A stretch of DNA of 64,000 nucleotides from positions 192,001 to 256,000 of the forward strand of contig CAWJCY010000003.1 of NCBI GenBank assembly GCA_963841565.1. The letters are read 5' to 3'. The DNA is from an uncultured Nitrososphaerales archaeon. Its GTDB lineage: Archaea > Thermoproteota > Nitrososphaeria > Nitrososphaerales > Nitrososphaeraceae. Position 1 is the stretch's first letter, and each line of letters starts with the position of its first letter. Made by a program: the position numbers and the translations under genes. The notes under the pieces are model-generated. The model saw only the letters and a program-made list of their open reading frames with translations, did no database searches and was not told the origin of the DNA. Shown one piece after another: positions 21,831 to 33,374 of this stretch.

Positions 21831-22500
21831 TCAAATTTTTGACTCCCCACCTGACTCGTTGTCATCGATGCTATGACCGCTTACAGTCCATGGGAACCGC
21901 TTACTAATTATTGAACCCCAATCAAGCTTTGTCACCAAATAAAGGAGGCAACCTACTAGTGATACGCTAACAATTGTGAATATGGCCAAGTACACAGGAT
22001 CGGAGGTTCTGTTTAGTATTTGTAGGGCCAGTGGTCTTCCCCAAAGTAAGAGTATCCATACTACTACTAAATTGACTATGAGCTTTCCAAAGAAAGTTGT
22101 TACAACAAATTTCCATGGATCAAATTTGGAGATACCAAGGAGTATGATAAAAATATCATCAGGCGGAAAAGGAGTCAATGCTGCAACAAATGATCCTAGT
22201 GAACCATATCTTGTTAACAATAATTGCAATGGGGTCATCCGAGTTAATGTTTTCTTTTTGATAAGGCTCCTCCCGTGATAGCTCAGCTAAAAAAATTGTC
22301 GTTCGCCCCAAGGTCACGCCGATAGCAGAAGCTAATGCCAGCAGGTTCGGATCGAATCTACCGCTCAGCAGCGCGATAACCAAAACTGGAATATAAGGGA
22401 TCGGTACAAAGACGATTAGGCTTATGAGTAACGTTACTATCAAAACTCCAGCGTAGCCTAGACTACCCCCTATCGAGAAAATCTCCTCTAAAAGAGTCAA
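21831..22500 (-). pseudogene. VTT/SNARE-associated (DedA-like) membrane protein; 1-nt frameshift near 22284
   Basis: FVPIPYIP...DPNLLAL..AIG in one frame and FVAALTPFPPDD...GKL in another. Removing one G (gct[g]agc tat) joins them. Confidence 0.8.
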
Positions 22501-22664
22501 TAGCGAAACTATTGGAATTAAGCGGCTAGCCCAATATTTACGAATCGAACAATTGCAATTCAGATCAGTATTCTAATCGTCCTAACTGCAGTTCCTTTTG
22601 AACTGAATGCTGATTTTCTCACTCATTACTAATGTTAATTCGATAAAATAATTGCATTCATCTT

Positions 22665-23135
22665 CTACTTGAATTTGGTTACTTGAATATCACCGTCGTT
22701 TGCTGTGACTGTTACCTTTGTGAAATTCAATTCAGTGCTCCCAGGAGGGGTAATCATGACAGACGCGAATGGACCCATATTCCCAATCTGCTGAATTTGT
22801 CCCCGATCACCAAATTGCACAGATACATTATTGAGGGTATCAAAGTCGTTATTTGATATCCTGACACTTACTGTCTGCATAGTCCCCATCACCTCACTAC
22901 GCTCAACAATTTCTACATTTAATCCTGATCTAGGGATATAGACTGATAATACAACTACTCCCACAGTAATAAAGCCTGCGACTATGACATATTTTATAAT
23001 CCTTATGTAGTTCCTCTTACTGGAAAAGCCTTCGTCGTCGGCAAAGCGGTTATTCTCCCATCTTCCCATGAAGAACAATATACACATTAGTGTATTATGG
23101 TTATGGTTCTTACGGCTTCTCTTGATCAGAACCAA
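22665..23135 (-). CDS. Membrane-anchored hypothetical protein (start likely 23069)
   Basis: Single TM segment followed by a small beta-rich (Ig-like) domain. Confidence 0.6.
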   Translation of the reverse strand: MVLIKRSRKNHNHNTLMCILFFMGRWENNRFADDEGFSSKRNYIRIIKYVIVAGFITVGVVVLSVYIPRSGLNVEIVERSEVMGTMQTVSVRISNNDFDTLNNVSVQFGDRGQIQQIGNMGPFASVMITPPGSTELNFTKVTVTANDGDIQVTKFK

Positions 23136-23784
23136 AATGAGTCAGAGGAGCTGCCGTAATGGAGATTGAAAAAGTAAGGTGTTTCAAAAAATTATAGAAC
23201 GATAAATATTGGTAAGTCAAGTAAGGAAACTGAAATACCTTAACGGCACGACAAAATAATCAATTTAAGAATTTACCTTCCTGACCGATGTTCAGCACCA
23301 ATAGAACAAGGTTTTCATTTGTGAGAGTGGGAAGAATGCAATCTAAGTAAAAGGTCGGCGCATGGGGTAGAATTCGATTCAGGAGTGTTGATCATTGTTC
23401 CAGTTGGCAGTTGATAGAGTTCATTGATAACCACTTTGACTGCCTGTACAATGACAGGATTTCAGTAAAATCGTTACTTCTCATCATGGTTCTCGCAAGT
23501 AGGATTAGAAGACCTCGAAAAAACAAAATATTTTCAGTCTAGCCCAAATAATTTGCCTGAACCTGATTTGTTATCATTATTGATAGTTCATTCCGTGCAA
23601 ATGTTCTATCAAAGTATCGATACTATAGTTTCTATATCTTTTTTAAGAAACTAAAGTTTAATTGTATTGGGAGTCCAAGATCTAGTATATGTTCGTCAAT
23701 CTTATTCCAATATAACCATGACCTAGTGAGAAGTTGACTCGATATCCTTCTCAATCCAGATAAATCAATACTAGATATCTATTT

Positions 23785-24018
23785 ATGATTATGACAAGCC
23801 TCAGAATTTTAACCTTGACTATAGCATTGACAGGGCTAATCATTGGTTCACTACTCAACGGTACAGGTATCTCCTACGGAAAGGAATACCAAAAAAAATC
23901 CCTTGCCGTTTCACAGGCCAATTACTGCGGACAAGGAGAGGTCGGGATGAGTGTTCAATGCACCAATACTGTATCACAGACTCAAGGAAATGAAAACGGA
24001 GTAGCTCTGACTGACTAG
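23785..24018 (+). CDS. Small secreted two-Cys protein
   Basis: Signal peptide, then EYQK..AVSQANYCG...VQCTNTVSQTQGNEN; paralog of 55320..55613. Confidence 0.6.
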   Translation: MIMTSLRILTLTIALTGLIIGSLLNGTGISYGKEYQKKSLAVSQANYCGQGEVGMSVQCTNTVSQTQGNENGVALTD

Positions 24019-24208
24019 GAACCATTTTTGAAACTTATTGCCTAATCTGAATTCGACCTTAAATTTCTTCATTGGAGGATACTTCATTCTCTAGTTTGTA
24101 CAATATGAAAGAAGATTAAAGGATGGATTAACAGGTTTTAAAGATAAGAATACGCTAAACATGAGCTGGGCGTTTTCCGATCGTCAGCCTAGAGCAACAA
24201 ACTCAATC

Positions 24209-25969
24209 TTACCTCCTGAAAAGAGGGTTACAAACGAATGGACCAAGTGTTTCTGTGCAGCGATCGTACAAGTCACTAAAGAAATCATCTGGACGATCAA
24301 TTTGAGTTTGTGTAGGAAAATAGCTACCATTGCCAGGTTGCAGGGCTCCAAATTCAGAAGTCGATCCCACAATGACAGGGATTTTTATGGGTTGAGCATT
24401 CCTTATTACAATAACTTCGATAGTATCGCCTATGTTTTTGTTCCCGATGAATTTATCTAAAGCATCAACATTAGTGATCATTGTATTGTCAATTCTCATG
24501 ATTACATCCCCTCCTATTTCTACTGGGGTTCCATTTATATCCGCAACAATAAATCCGCCTCTAATCCCAGCCTGGTCAGCTGGTCCGTTCGCAAATACGT
24601 CAACCACAAGGACGCCTTCTCGTTCGACTTCGCGAACATCATTTGAGAGTTGTTGTTGCGGGAATCTGGTTAGGTTCATTCTTGCCGCTATTTGTTCAGT
24701 CATGTTTATTGTATTGATGCCAAGGGTGGGGTACTGTTGCTGGCTCTGCTCAGTTTCCAGCTGTAGTTGTGTTGGCCTGGGTGTTACTGTCATACCAATT
24801 TCCAGGAATTTTCCATCCCTTATCACTCTAAGGATTACATTTTCACCTACCGACCTTGCCGATTGAAGGTACAAAAGTAAATCTTCAATTTTCCTGACCG
24901 TGACGTTGTCTACAGCAACAATTACATCCCCTCCCAACTCTATTTGTCTACCATTAATATCCTTTAACACTCCTCCATCTCTAATACCCGATCTTTCTGC
25001 TGGGCTTCCCGATGTAACCTCAGTAACTAAGAAGCCTCTTGAACTATTCAAACCCATCTCAGTCGCGATTTCAGGAGACACGTCCACGCCAGTTATTCCT
25101 ATATACGGATGTCTATATGTTCCTGTAGATATTAGCTCCGGTACTACTTTCCTAATGATATCTGATGGGATAGCAGATCCAACTCCTGCATATTCACCAC
25201 TATTTGAGAAAATTTCTGTATTCATCCCTATAACTTCCCCTGCTGTATTAAGCAGTGGCCCACCTGAATTGGAAGGATTAATGGCAGCATCAGTTTGAAT
25301 TAGGTTTGGGATCAAAAGTGATGGAGCATCTTGACGTAATAGAAGATCTCCTTGTGGAACAGAGGAGGGAAGAATCCTACCAAAGCCACTCACTATTCCC
25401 TCGGTCATCGACCCGGATAATCCAAATGGATTTCCTACTGCCAAAACTACTTGCCCGATTCTGACCTGGGATGAATTGCCCAGAGGTAATGGAATGAGGC
25501 TATCTCCAGTTATGTTTTCGACCTTCAAGACAGCCAACTCAGAGTAAAGATCTGCACCAATGACTCTGCCAATGTATGTCGTACCGTCTAGGAAAGTTAT
25601 ATGAAAATCTTTATCGCTTAGGCTTGTTTCTTGGCTTTCCCCTGGGTCAGCAACCACGTGATAGTTGGTTATGATATGGCCTAGATTATCATAAATGAAA
25701 CCTGAGCCTTGCCTTGACCCGAAAGAGGAGGCGCGAGCTTCGCTTATTTGAACTATTGATTGATCTACATCATTGAACAATGTAGTGAGATCACGTCCCA
25801 AATTCTGATTCGTCAGTATCGAGGAATCTTGATCTTCTTCGACCGGGACAGGCGAGTTATTTGGCGACTCCAATTGGGCACCTACTTCAAAGGCATATAA
25901 TGTTAAAAAGCAAATCAAGAAAATAGCAACAGAGGGCAAACAAAATCGAGATCGGTTGCATATTTCCAT
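24209..25969 (-). CDS. HtrA/DegP-like serine protease with two PDZ domains
   Basis: GSGF, ITNYHVV (His), AVGNPFGL, IQTDAAINPSNSGGPL (Ser), two GGDVI-type PDZ repeats, signal peptide. Confidence 0.93.
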   Translation of the reverse strand: MEICNRSRFCLPSVAIFLICFLTLYAFEVGAQLESPNNSPVPVEEDQDSSILTNQNLGRDLTTLFNDVDQSIVQISEARASSFGSRQGSGFIYDNLGHIITNYHVVADPGESQETSLSDKDFHITFLDGTTYIGRVIGADLYSELAVLKVENITGDSLIPLPLGNSSQVRIGQVVLAVGNPFGLSGSMTEGIVSGFGRILPSSVPQGDLLLRQDAPSLLIPNLIQTDAAINPSNSGGPLLNTAGEVIGMNTEIFSNSGEYAGVGSAIPSDIIRKVVPELISTGTYRHPYIGITGVDVSPEIATEMGLNSSRGFLVTEVTSGSPAERSGIRDGGVLKDINGRQIELGGDVIVAVDNVTVRKIEDLLLYLQSARSVGENVILRVIRDGKFLEIGMTVTPRPTQLQLETEQSQQQYPTLGINTINMTEQIAARMNLTRFPQQQLSNDVREVEREGVLVVDVFANGPADQAGIRGGFIVADINGTPVEIGGDVIMRIDNTMITNVDALDKFIGNKNIGDTIEVIVIRNAQPIKIPVIVGSTSEFGALQPGNGSYFPTQTQIDRPDDFFSDLYDRCTETLGPFVCNPLFRR

Positions 25970-26689
25970 AATGTCTCGTATAAAAACCCTGCTTTAAATG
26001 CGTTTGGAGGAGGGATCGTATTGATTCCCATTCTACAATTTACAAAATAAGGTACCCGATAAGAACTCAACCGAATGAATATACATACTACCAATTGATA
26101 AATCTTTACGTTAAGTAACAGAGAAAGTAAGGATCCATTTTAGAATTAGGAAATATTTTTGATTCAATAATTTTGAAAAGATGCAAGCGGCATACTATAT
26201 GAACTCATTTTATTCAAGTCAATAAGAGTGATAATCGAACGCTGACTCCACATATTATTTGGATCAGACAATTTGAGAGATCGCCATGTGTTAACCAGTA
26301 TCATTAAAAATACTGATCGCAAATTAATGGTCTTATTCATCTTTTCGATGCTAGGAGTAATAGATTAAGCATGTATGCCTTACTCTTTTAGCTCTGAACT
26401 TGTTCTATTGACCTACCTTCCTAGTTTGGTAGTCCAAAATACAGGAACAAAATAAAAAGAACTATGTTAGTTTACTAATGATGTCAACTAGAGTGAACAA
26501 TATTCATGAGTGACTTTTTATAAACAAAAGATTATCTTGTAACACGTTCATCTATCAATAGGATTGAAACCTTCTGCTAATTTTTATTATTTATATAAAT
26601 AATTAGACTCTTTACTGTAGATTAGTACTATAACAATTATTTATCCGACGCTAAACTTATTACTATGACCAGAATAGATATCCACAATC

Positions 26690-27280
26690 TTGAAAATATA
26701 TCAAGACAGTACTAAAACGGTTTACATGGTCCTACTTGTCTGTATGGTCACATGTCTAATGATTTCTGATCTTCATAACTTTCAGTTGTTTAATGTTGCC
26801 GCATCGCCTGCAGTTACGATAACACCAGAGGACGGAGAAGAGGATGAATTTGATGAAAAGGGTGATGATGAAACCGAATCATCTCAAACTCAAGAAGGCC
26901 AAAACGGAGAAGCGATACAACCAGCTGCGAGTACAGAAACACCCGATACCAACGAGCAGGATCATGAAGGCGATTATCAAATAGTTATACCTGACGGTGC
27001 TGCATGGAAAGAAACAATATCGGAAAGATTCTATCCTCCAGAATTAATTGTTCCATCAGGTTCATATGTAACATGGACCAATGATGATGATTTAACTCAT
27101 ACAATTACTAGTGGTAAAAAGGCAGGATATGGGTTGTATGAATTTGTGCAGGATGGTATATTTAATTCTGGAGAGTTAGATGAAGAAGAATCGTTCACAT
27201 TTCACTTTGCCGAACCTGGAAGGTACGAATACTTCTGCGTTCCCCATCCTTGGATGAACGGAGTTATTGTTGTACAATAA
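26690..27280 (+). CDS. Cupredoxin (plastocyanin/azurin family) with an acidic linker
   Basis: TWTNDD..HTITSG and YEYFCVPHPWMNG type-1 copper ligands; N-terminal TM segment. Confidence 0.92.
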   Translation: MKIYQDSTKTVYMVLLVCMVTCLMISDLHNFQLFNVAASPAVTITPEDGEEDEFDEKGDDETESSQTQEGQNGEAIQPAASTETPDTNEQDHEGDYQIVIPDGAAWKETISERFYPPELIVPSGSYVTWTNDDDLTHTITSGKKAGYGLYEFVQDGIFNSGELDEEESFTFHFAEPGRYEYFCVPHPWMNGVIVVQ

Positions 27281-27536
27281 ATGATTTAAATGCGATCCGG
27301 TTCACTTGTAAGAAGTCATTAGATATAGTCCCGCATTACACTTCCTGCTCTCAGAATCATTCCAAGCCATATCGAATTATGAATCATGAAATTATAGAGA
27401 GTACCAGTGTGGATACAGTAAAATCTGTCATGGTGGCCAATAATTGTCTGAGATAATAGAAAGTTAGGATATTGTCATCGATATGATTGCAACATTATTG
27501 CAAGAAGATCATTAGGGAAGGGATAAGACAATAAAG

Positions 27537-27968
27537 TTATCTTAATGGGGGTTGATAGAAAATTTTCTCTGGTTTTATCTTTAGGATAACCCTTTTTTCA
27601 CCAGGAGAACGACCTGGATATTTATCGACTCCAAGATATTTTTTAGCCAATTTATCTATATGCTCTTCAGCAACAGCTTGTGTAATTTGCTCTGTTACCT
27701 TCCCGCGGATAGTGACCATTTCGTATGGATTACTACCATTAACAATGGATATCGCTAACCTAGGATCTCTGGAGAGATTCTTGTGTTTTATCCTTCCTTC
27801 AGCAGTATTTACTAGGATACTATATTCATTATTTTTCTCGATATCTACCCATGTGGGGGTAATTTGCGGAGAGCCGTCTTTCATCAGAGTTGAGACAAAG
27901 GCGAAATTCTTAGCTTGAAATAGTCGAGCTATTGGCTCAGTGATTTGTATTGCGTCCTTACTCATCAA
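27537..27968 (-). CDS. PPOX-class F420-dependent oxidoreductase
   Basis: FAFVSTLMKDGSPQITPTWVD, NTAEGRIKHKNL.RDPR, IDKLAKKYLG. Confidence 0.9.
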   Translation of the reverse strand: MMSKDAIQITEPIARLFQAKNFAFVSTLMKDGSPQITPTWVDIEKNNEYSILVNTAEGRIKHKNLSRDPRLAISIVNGSNPYEMVTIRGKVTEQITQAVAEEHIDKLAKKYLGVDKYPGRSPGEKRVILKIKPEKIFYQPPLR

Positions 27969-28209
27969 CTATCAAATAGTATGCATATCTAATAACCATT
28001 TTGAATTGAACTATTTGGAATCGGATAAATTCAAGAAGACTTCAATAAGTTGAGTTCGAGGTAACTGGCGCCAGCTGCAAAAAAATAGGTCGGCAGTTTC
28101 CTCGTCCTCAATCCACTCACAAACATTAAAAGTGTTCTCAGAAGAATAAGTGGGTAACTGAGTGAAACACTAATCATCACCAAAATATTCTACAATTCGA
28201 CCGCAGGCG

Positions 28210-29478
28210 CTATCTGCTAATTCTATACACTGCTCCGTCTCTTAACGAAGTAACATACAGCATCCCATCTGGGCCAATCTCTAAGTCAGTCGGAACTCCA
28301 AACCCTTCACCAAAGATAGTACTTTGAAGCTCAGAGTCTGAGTTAGCCACTTTGTCGGCTAAAGTACCGTTTAAACGCAGTCCAGTTCTTTCCTGGTCCA
28401 GTTCAAAATGATAGATTCTGCCAAATGCATAGTCTCCAACAAACATATCATTCTTGTAACCGGGTCCAAATCTATCACTATTGAAGAATAAAAGAGCAGT
28501 CGGTGCCACAGTTTGATTCCACACAAACTTTGGATCACTATATTTTCCAGTTCCACTAAATGAGACCAACCCGCTATAGTTGAATCCAGAGGGAGCAATT
28601 CCTGTTAGGTCTCTCCAACCTCCATTGAACCCTGACTCTATCAAGTTAATTTCGTCATTTGTGCGTACACCGTTTTCGCTGATCCAAAGTTTTCCTGTCA
28701 GGGGGTCAAAATCCATACCAAAGCTGTTCCTTATCCCGTACGCAAAATACGATTTCATACCAGAAGCAAGATCTAATATTCCAGGAGCAACGATTTCACC
28801 ATCTTGAGTAATTCTGTGGACACCGCTTGTTCCATCTGCATCGGGTCCCTTCTCAAAGTTTTGCGCTTTGGTGCTATGGCCCTCTCCGTTATCGTCCTGA
28901 ATTTGACCTATTACTAAATAGAGATAATTGTCTGGTCCAACTAGAACCGGACCTCCGTTATCCATTGAACCAGTTCCCGCAGGTAAATCTAAAAGCAGCT
29001 TTGGGTTAATTAGACTGTCCTTATCATCGGCCAATTCGTACCTATACAGCCGATTTCCAAGGGGGTCACCTTCGTCATCACGCGACGATGATGATTCAGC
29101 GTAGTACAAAAATACAAAGGTTTTGCTCCCATTTTGGTACGAATCGATACCGATCAAACCTCTAGAATCATCCGTGGAAACATCCAAGTCTAATACTGTT
29201 TGAGAGATCTCCCCATCTATAACTCGCTTAACCTTCCCTGTATCCTCCTCTATGACTAAAAAGTCATCCGGACCCAAAAAGGTCAAGCCGGTAGGTCTTG
29301 ACAATCCGTCCACGATCCTGTCTAAATGAAAATCAAGTGACTTTAGAATCGGTTTTCCTAACGCCACGATGTGTACATCGCCTAGAATCGGTATCACCAA
29401 GCAACATGAAAGAACTACCAGTGTTATGAGATAAGTAAATGGAGGCATGAAGACATACATATGTGATAACCCTCTCAA
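28210..29478 (-). CDS. PQQ-dependent glucose/sorbosone dehydrogenase family beta-propeller
   Basis: GLSRPTGLTF, RGLIGI, NGG..LVGPD, YGIRNSFGMDFDP, DEIN, APTAL, DLEIGPDG.LYV. Confidence 0.92.
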   Translation of the reverse strand: MRGLSHMYVFMPPFTYLITLVVLSCCLVIPILGDVHIVALGKPILKSLDFHLDRIVDGLSRPTGLTFLGPDDFLVIEEDTGKVKRVIDGEISQTVLDLDVSTDDSRGLIGIDSYQNGSKTFVFLYYAESSSSRDDEGDPLGNRLYRYELADDKDSLINPKLLLDLPAGTGSMDNGGPVLVGPDNYLYLVIGQIQDDNGEGHSTKAQNFEKGPDADGTSGVHRITQDGEIVAPGILDLASGMKSYFAYGIRNSFGMDFDPLTGKLWISENGVRTNDEINLIESGFNGGWRDLTGIAPSGFNYSGLVSFSGTGKYSDPKFVWNQTVAPTALLFFNSDRFGPGYKNDMFVGDYAFGRIYHFELDQERTGLRLNGTLADKVANSDSELQSTIFGEGFGVPTDLEIGPDGMLYVTSLRDGAVYRISR

Positions 29479-29935
29479 TATTAAGACTTCACAATCTGGT
29501 GCAGTTTATTCTAGCTTTTATCCTGATGGATTTCTAATTCGATGCAAAGTGGACGAATAGAATGTAACTCTATGCAAGATCTGATCTTACCATTCTTCCA
29601 AGAGAAACCGCGGATTTCATATAGATACTTTTAGGCAGAAATTAATCTAAATGTTGGTGCAGTCACATCAAACGGAGCAAAATTTTCTTGGCCGCCAATT
29701 GCGAAAGAACACCTCCACATTACTAGGATGCAAATGCCACAAATACCCCGATAGATTCTTTTAAAACATTGATCGTACATTCTGTTTAAGAGCTGTCCAC
29801 CCCGGAAAAGGGGAGCAGATGTGAACGCCATGTTGGAGATAGTAAACGCGAAAGGAGACATAGCAAACTTTGTGTTCGGGCTAATTCTCAACCACGCATT
29901 CCATGGTGATGCACATTATTCTCAAAAAGTCTTAA

Positions 29936-30562
29936 GTGATAAAGACTATTCTTCATCTAATAGAACTAAAAGTAGCATCCCATTTATTGGTGGAGAGAAA
30001 GATCTCATGTCATAGTTCAATGACCTTAAAATTATCATTAACTGTTGGCGTAGGGGTTAGTATTATTGCTCTGATTGCAGTATTGATAGTTAGTTCGTTT
30101 AGTAAAGAGCAATCTGCGTTCGCACTCACACGTGGAACCCCATACGATGATCTTTTGAGTAGCGCGATGACAGGAGATTCGAATCGGAATGAACTGTCTT
30201 TTATGGGAACGAATAGCACTCAGGCAGGCCCATCTGCCAATAGCAGTAGTGTATTTATTTATGGTGACCTAGGTAACGATGAAATCCGGGGCTCTAATCA
30301 AAGCGACCATTTAGGTGGAGGGCCAGGAAGTGATGTAGTTTATGGCTACAATGGCGGTGATTACATCCAAGGAGGCCTTGGAATCGATTCTCTTTATGGC
30401 GGCGATGGAGATGATGTTCTTACTGGGAGTGAAGGAGCTGACTACTTTGATTGTGGTCAAGGAAGAGATAGTGTAGATGACTTCGAACCCGTTGAAGGAG
30501 ATTTCGCAGTGGCTAATTGTGAAATCCTGGAAAATGAAGAAAAACCAGTAGCGATGCGTTGA
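29936..30562 (+). CDS. Secreted hemolysin-type Ca-binding (RTX nonapeptide) protein; start likely 30020
   Basis: Repeated GGxGxDxLx units ending GADYFDCGQGRDSVDDF..EGD...NCE. Confidence 0.85.
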   Translation: MIKTILHLIELKVASHLLVERKISCHSSMTLKLSLTVGVGVSIIALIAVLIVSSFSKEQSAFALTRGTPYDDLLSSAMTGDSNRNELSFMGTNSTQAGPSANSSSVFIYGDLGNDEIRGSNQSDHLGGGPGSDVVYGYNGGDYIQGGLGIDSLYGGDGDDVLTGSEGADYFDCGQGRDSVDDFEPVEGDFAVANCEILENEEKPVAMR

Positions 30563-31248
30563 CTAGACCAGCCCTACACCTCTTCGCTTTTCATATAACG
30601 TACGCTTCAAGGGATTGTTGAAGCACTTTGAATAGGGAATTTGTAAATTGCAGAGTGAATTTACTGGAATCTTATTAACTGATTTCATCGAGAACTATTC
30701 AAATCCTATAGAATAACTCATGTTCTTGGAGGGAGGGATTCAACATGATTGATCATCACTGAACGCTTAGGAGGCGGTAAGTCACATCTGTTCCATAGAT
30801 TGAAAATACACCATTCTTAGATCTTTTAGGGACGGCCAGGATGGAGAATGGGGCTTCGGATAAGGTTAAAATGGTGGCTCAATTGATTTTGAAAAAAGCA
30901 GAGAAAAGAGATCTCGGTGGAGTGGCAGGATCACTATCATCCTATAGTGAACCAAAGCTGCGATAGTATTTACAGTACGTAATTTAGGAAATATCCAAAA
31001 CAAAACAGGGATCGAAGATTTACAGAATACTATACAATGAATCAAGCATCAAAAAGTGATTGCTTGTTATGGAGGATATAATCGAGGTTAAATCAACAAT
31101 TACTCTGAGCAGAGCCGTCCTTAAGTGTGAATAATTGGTGGCCTACAGCCCATGTATACATGATGCTACCAAATCAACTAATAATGAGAGCTACCAAAAG
31201 TCAAATTCTAGATCTTTAACGATCATTCTCCAATCATACTGTAATTAG

Positions 31249-32472
31249 TCACACGATTACTGTTTGTTCTTTTCTTGTTCTTAATACTTTATAGTATAAT
31301 TCGGCATGTTCCTTGGCTATTTGTTCCCAACTTAATTTCATCCTGAATTCATTAATTCTGTCGATGTATTTATCATAATTCTTGTCAAGGTATAACATTG
31401 CATCTGAGAATTCTTTTGGATTCCGATCAACTGCGATGCCTAGTCCACGCGAGGCGAATTCAACAAAGAATCCTAACCTAGTGGCGATAAAAGGCAGACC
31501 ATACGACAATGCGTCGAACATGATTCCAGATCCTGAGCTAACCTTGTAAGGCAAAATGACTGCATCTGCGCATGAAAATAGCTCACTTAGTTGCTTTTCG
31601 CTTAGAAAATCGCTGCGTAAATTAATCAAGTTCCTCTTATGGACGCCAATCGGGTAGTCTTCGTGGCTGTACTCATTCTTAGAAGCATTATTGACAATGG
31701 TCCAACCGTCAGGGATGTCCATTTTTTTAATAACATCCCAGCCCTTGGTTGCTGTCGCGTAGCCCAGCGCCAAAGCAACCCTACCATCGGCCGGGATAGA
31801 ATAGGATTTTCTTAAATCAGCTTTGGTCCGATCTGCCGTAGAACCTTGTTTTTTGGCACCATGAAATATCACATTGCATTCTTGATTTCCCAATGTCCGG
31901 GACATGGATTCGGAGAATGTGATTCCAGCGGCACTCTTGATGAGCTTCTGCTTGTTTAAGTTATGAAAAGAACGATAGTTGATTAGCCTTGTCCAGAAAC
32001 TAACCAAACGTTTTGCCTTCCTTACAATATAAGTATCATTTTGGCGCTCGTAGATTGGGATAGGTAGACTCATCCACTGTCTGAAAGGATAACCCGAATG
32101 GAAAGTGGTTACTATCGGGGTCTTGCATGATTCGTAAAACGCGTCAATATTTGTACGAGTCCTCGCTGGGTTTAGCATGTCAAGTCTCAACTCATATAGC
32201 CCCGGTTCGTACTGGACGTGTACGACATCAGGATTTAATCGTTCGACTAGCTCTAGAAGAATTTCAGAATTCTTCGGGTTGTGCTGGGATATTCCAGAAA
32301 AGTCTCCATTTCCTCGCTTATCGCATACAACCTGTACTGTGAATCCCATCTCAACTAATTTATCTCTAAGATTGGAAGTATAGCGACCTACACCTCCAGC
32401 CATAGGTGGGTACTCTGGCGAAACAAATAGAACGGATAAAGTCGGATTTTCGTAACCCGTTTCGACGAGCAT
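31249..32472 (-). CDS. Glycosyltransferase family 4 (GT-B)
   Basis: EYPPMAGGVGRY, PDVVHVQYE, TTFH, ADAVILPY, SGSGIMFDALSYGLPFIAT. Confidence 0.9.
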   Translation of the reverse strand: MLVETGYENPTLSVLFVSPEYPPMAGGVGRYTSNLRDKLVEMGFTVQVVCDKRGNGDFSGISQHNPKNSEILLELVERLNPDVVHVQYEPGLYELRLDMLNPARTRTNIDAFYESCKTPIVTTFHSGYPFRQWMSLPIPIYERQNDTYIVRKAKRLVSFWTRLINYRSFHNLNKQKLIKSAAGITFSESMSRTLGNQECNVIFHGAKKQGSTADRTKADLRKSYSIPADGRVALALGYATATKGWDVIKKMDIPDGWTIVNNASKNEYSHEDYPIGVHKRNLINLRSDFLSEKQLSELFSCADAVILPYKVSSGSGIMFDALSYGLPFIATRLGFFVEFASRGLGIAVDRNPKEFSDAMLYLDKNYDKYIDRINEFRMKLSWEQIAKEHAELYYKVLRTRKEQTVIV

Positions 32473-32587
32473 CTTCTACTAGTACATATGTATCCCCATT
32501 ATTATGGATATCTTAATTGGGACATAATTATCTATACATATCGAACATAAGTATTAAATATAAAATAGTTCTTAGATCTAGGATATA

Positions 32588-32785
32588 ATGCCTACAAGAT
32601 ACAAAGTCACTCTCACGACAGTGGGTACGAGTTCCGTCATCGTATTACCTAAGCCCGTAATAGATGGATTTAATTTGGGCAAGGGACAAAGGCTGGAACT
32701 AATTGCGAGAGACGATGGCATTTATATTCCGCTGGAAGAGCAGGATGCTCAAGGCAAAGAGGCCGATCAGCCTGAAGTAACATGA
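32588..32785 (+). CDS. AbrB/MazE/SpoVT family DNA-binding protein
   Basis: VGTSSVIVLPKPVIDGFNLGKGQRLEL swapped-hairpin pattern. Confidence 0.85.
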   Translation: MPTRYKVTLTTVGTSSVIVLPKPVIDGFNLGKGQRLELIARDDGIYIPLEEQDAQGKEADQPEVT

Positions 32786-32945
32786 AAGCAGAGATCACAA
32801 CTTCAAGCTCAACATTCTACTAGTTATTGACAATTGCTAATGAAAACTTTTAGGGTGGAATTCCATCAGTATTACTAACAAGTCGCTTACTCTTTCACTC
32901 AATTATTCCTTCAACTCTAGTTACTTGGTGATTTGAAAAGACCTA

Positions 32946-33374
32946 CTATTGATGGGGCTTATTGAAATGACCAATAATCTGCTTATTTCTCATCAATACG
33001 CAACATGCACATCTTATCCCAATACACGTTTGGGGATTTGTGTGTTTGCAGATTGAGCAAGTGCAGATTGTTTCTACTTGCACTCCAGACTTTGAAGAAA
33101 TTACGTCATCCTCGGGGAGTTGTCGATCTTGCTCCCGAGATCTGACTACACCATATAACCAATATGTAAAAAGTGCTACACCGGCTATTATTAGAGCCAC
33201 ACTAAATAAGGCGGAACGTAATGACAATAAGGTTGCACCTAACAAGAGTAATGCAATACTCAGAACAAGAACCCAGCCTTGTTGAGTTGATGCATTGAAG
33301 CTCATTTCATATACTCTAATATTGCTGCGGTGGCAGCCTTTAAAATATTCAGGTGTTTGTTGAAGGAAAATCAA
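32946..33374 (-). CDS. Two-TM protein with a Cys-rich C-terminus (start likely near 33305)
   Basis: Two hydrophobic helices followed by CTCSICKH...C...CACC. Confidence 0.6.
   Translation of the reverse strand: MIFLQQTPEYFKGCHRSNIRVYEMSFNASTQQGWVLVLSIALLLLGATLLSLRSALFSVALIIAGVALFTYWLYGVVRSREQDRQLPEDDVISSKSGVQVETICTCSICKHTNPQTCIGIRCACCVLMRNKQIIGHFNKPHQ

Noticed and set aside
22270-22290. Further BHB introns at other frameshift sites (9092, 22284, 52320, 54595, 60907)
   Set aside because: Each is explained by a 1-2 nt indel with no extra sequence or hairpin.
24161-25298. Antisense ORFs over htrA (likewise over carB, cdc48, malic enzyme and the lectin gene)
   Set aside because: Shadow frames of well-supported genes with no motifs of their own.
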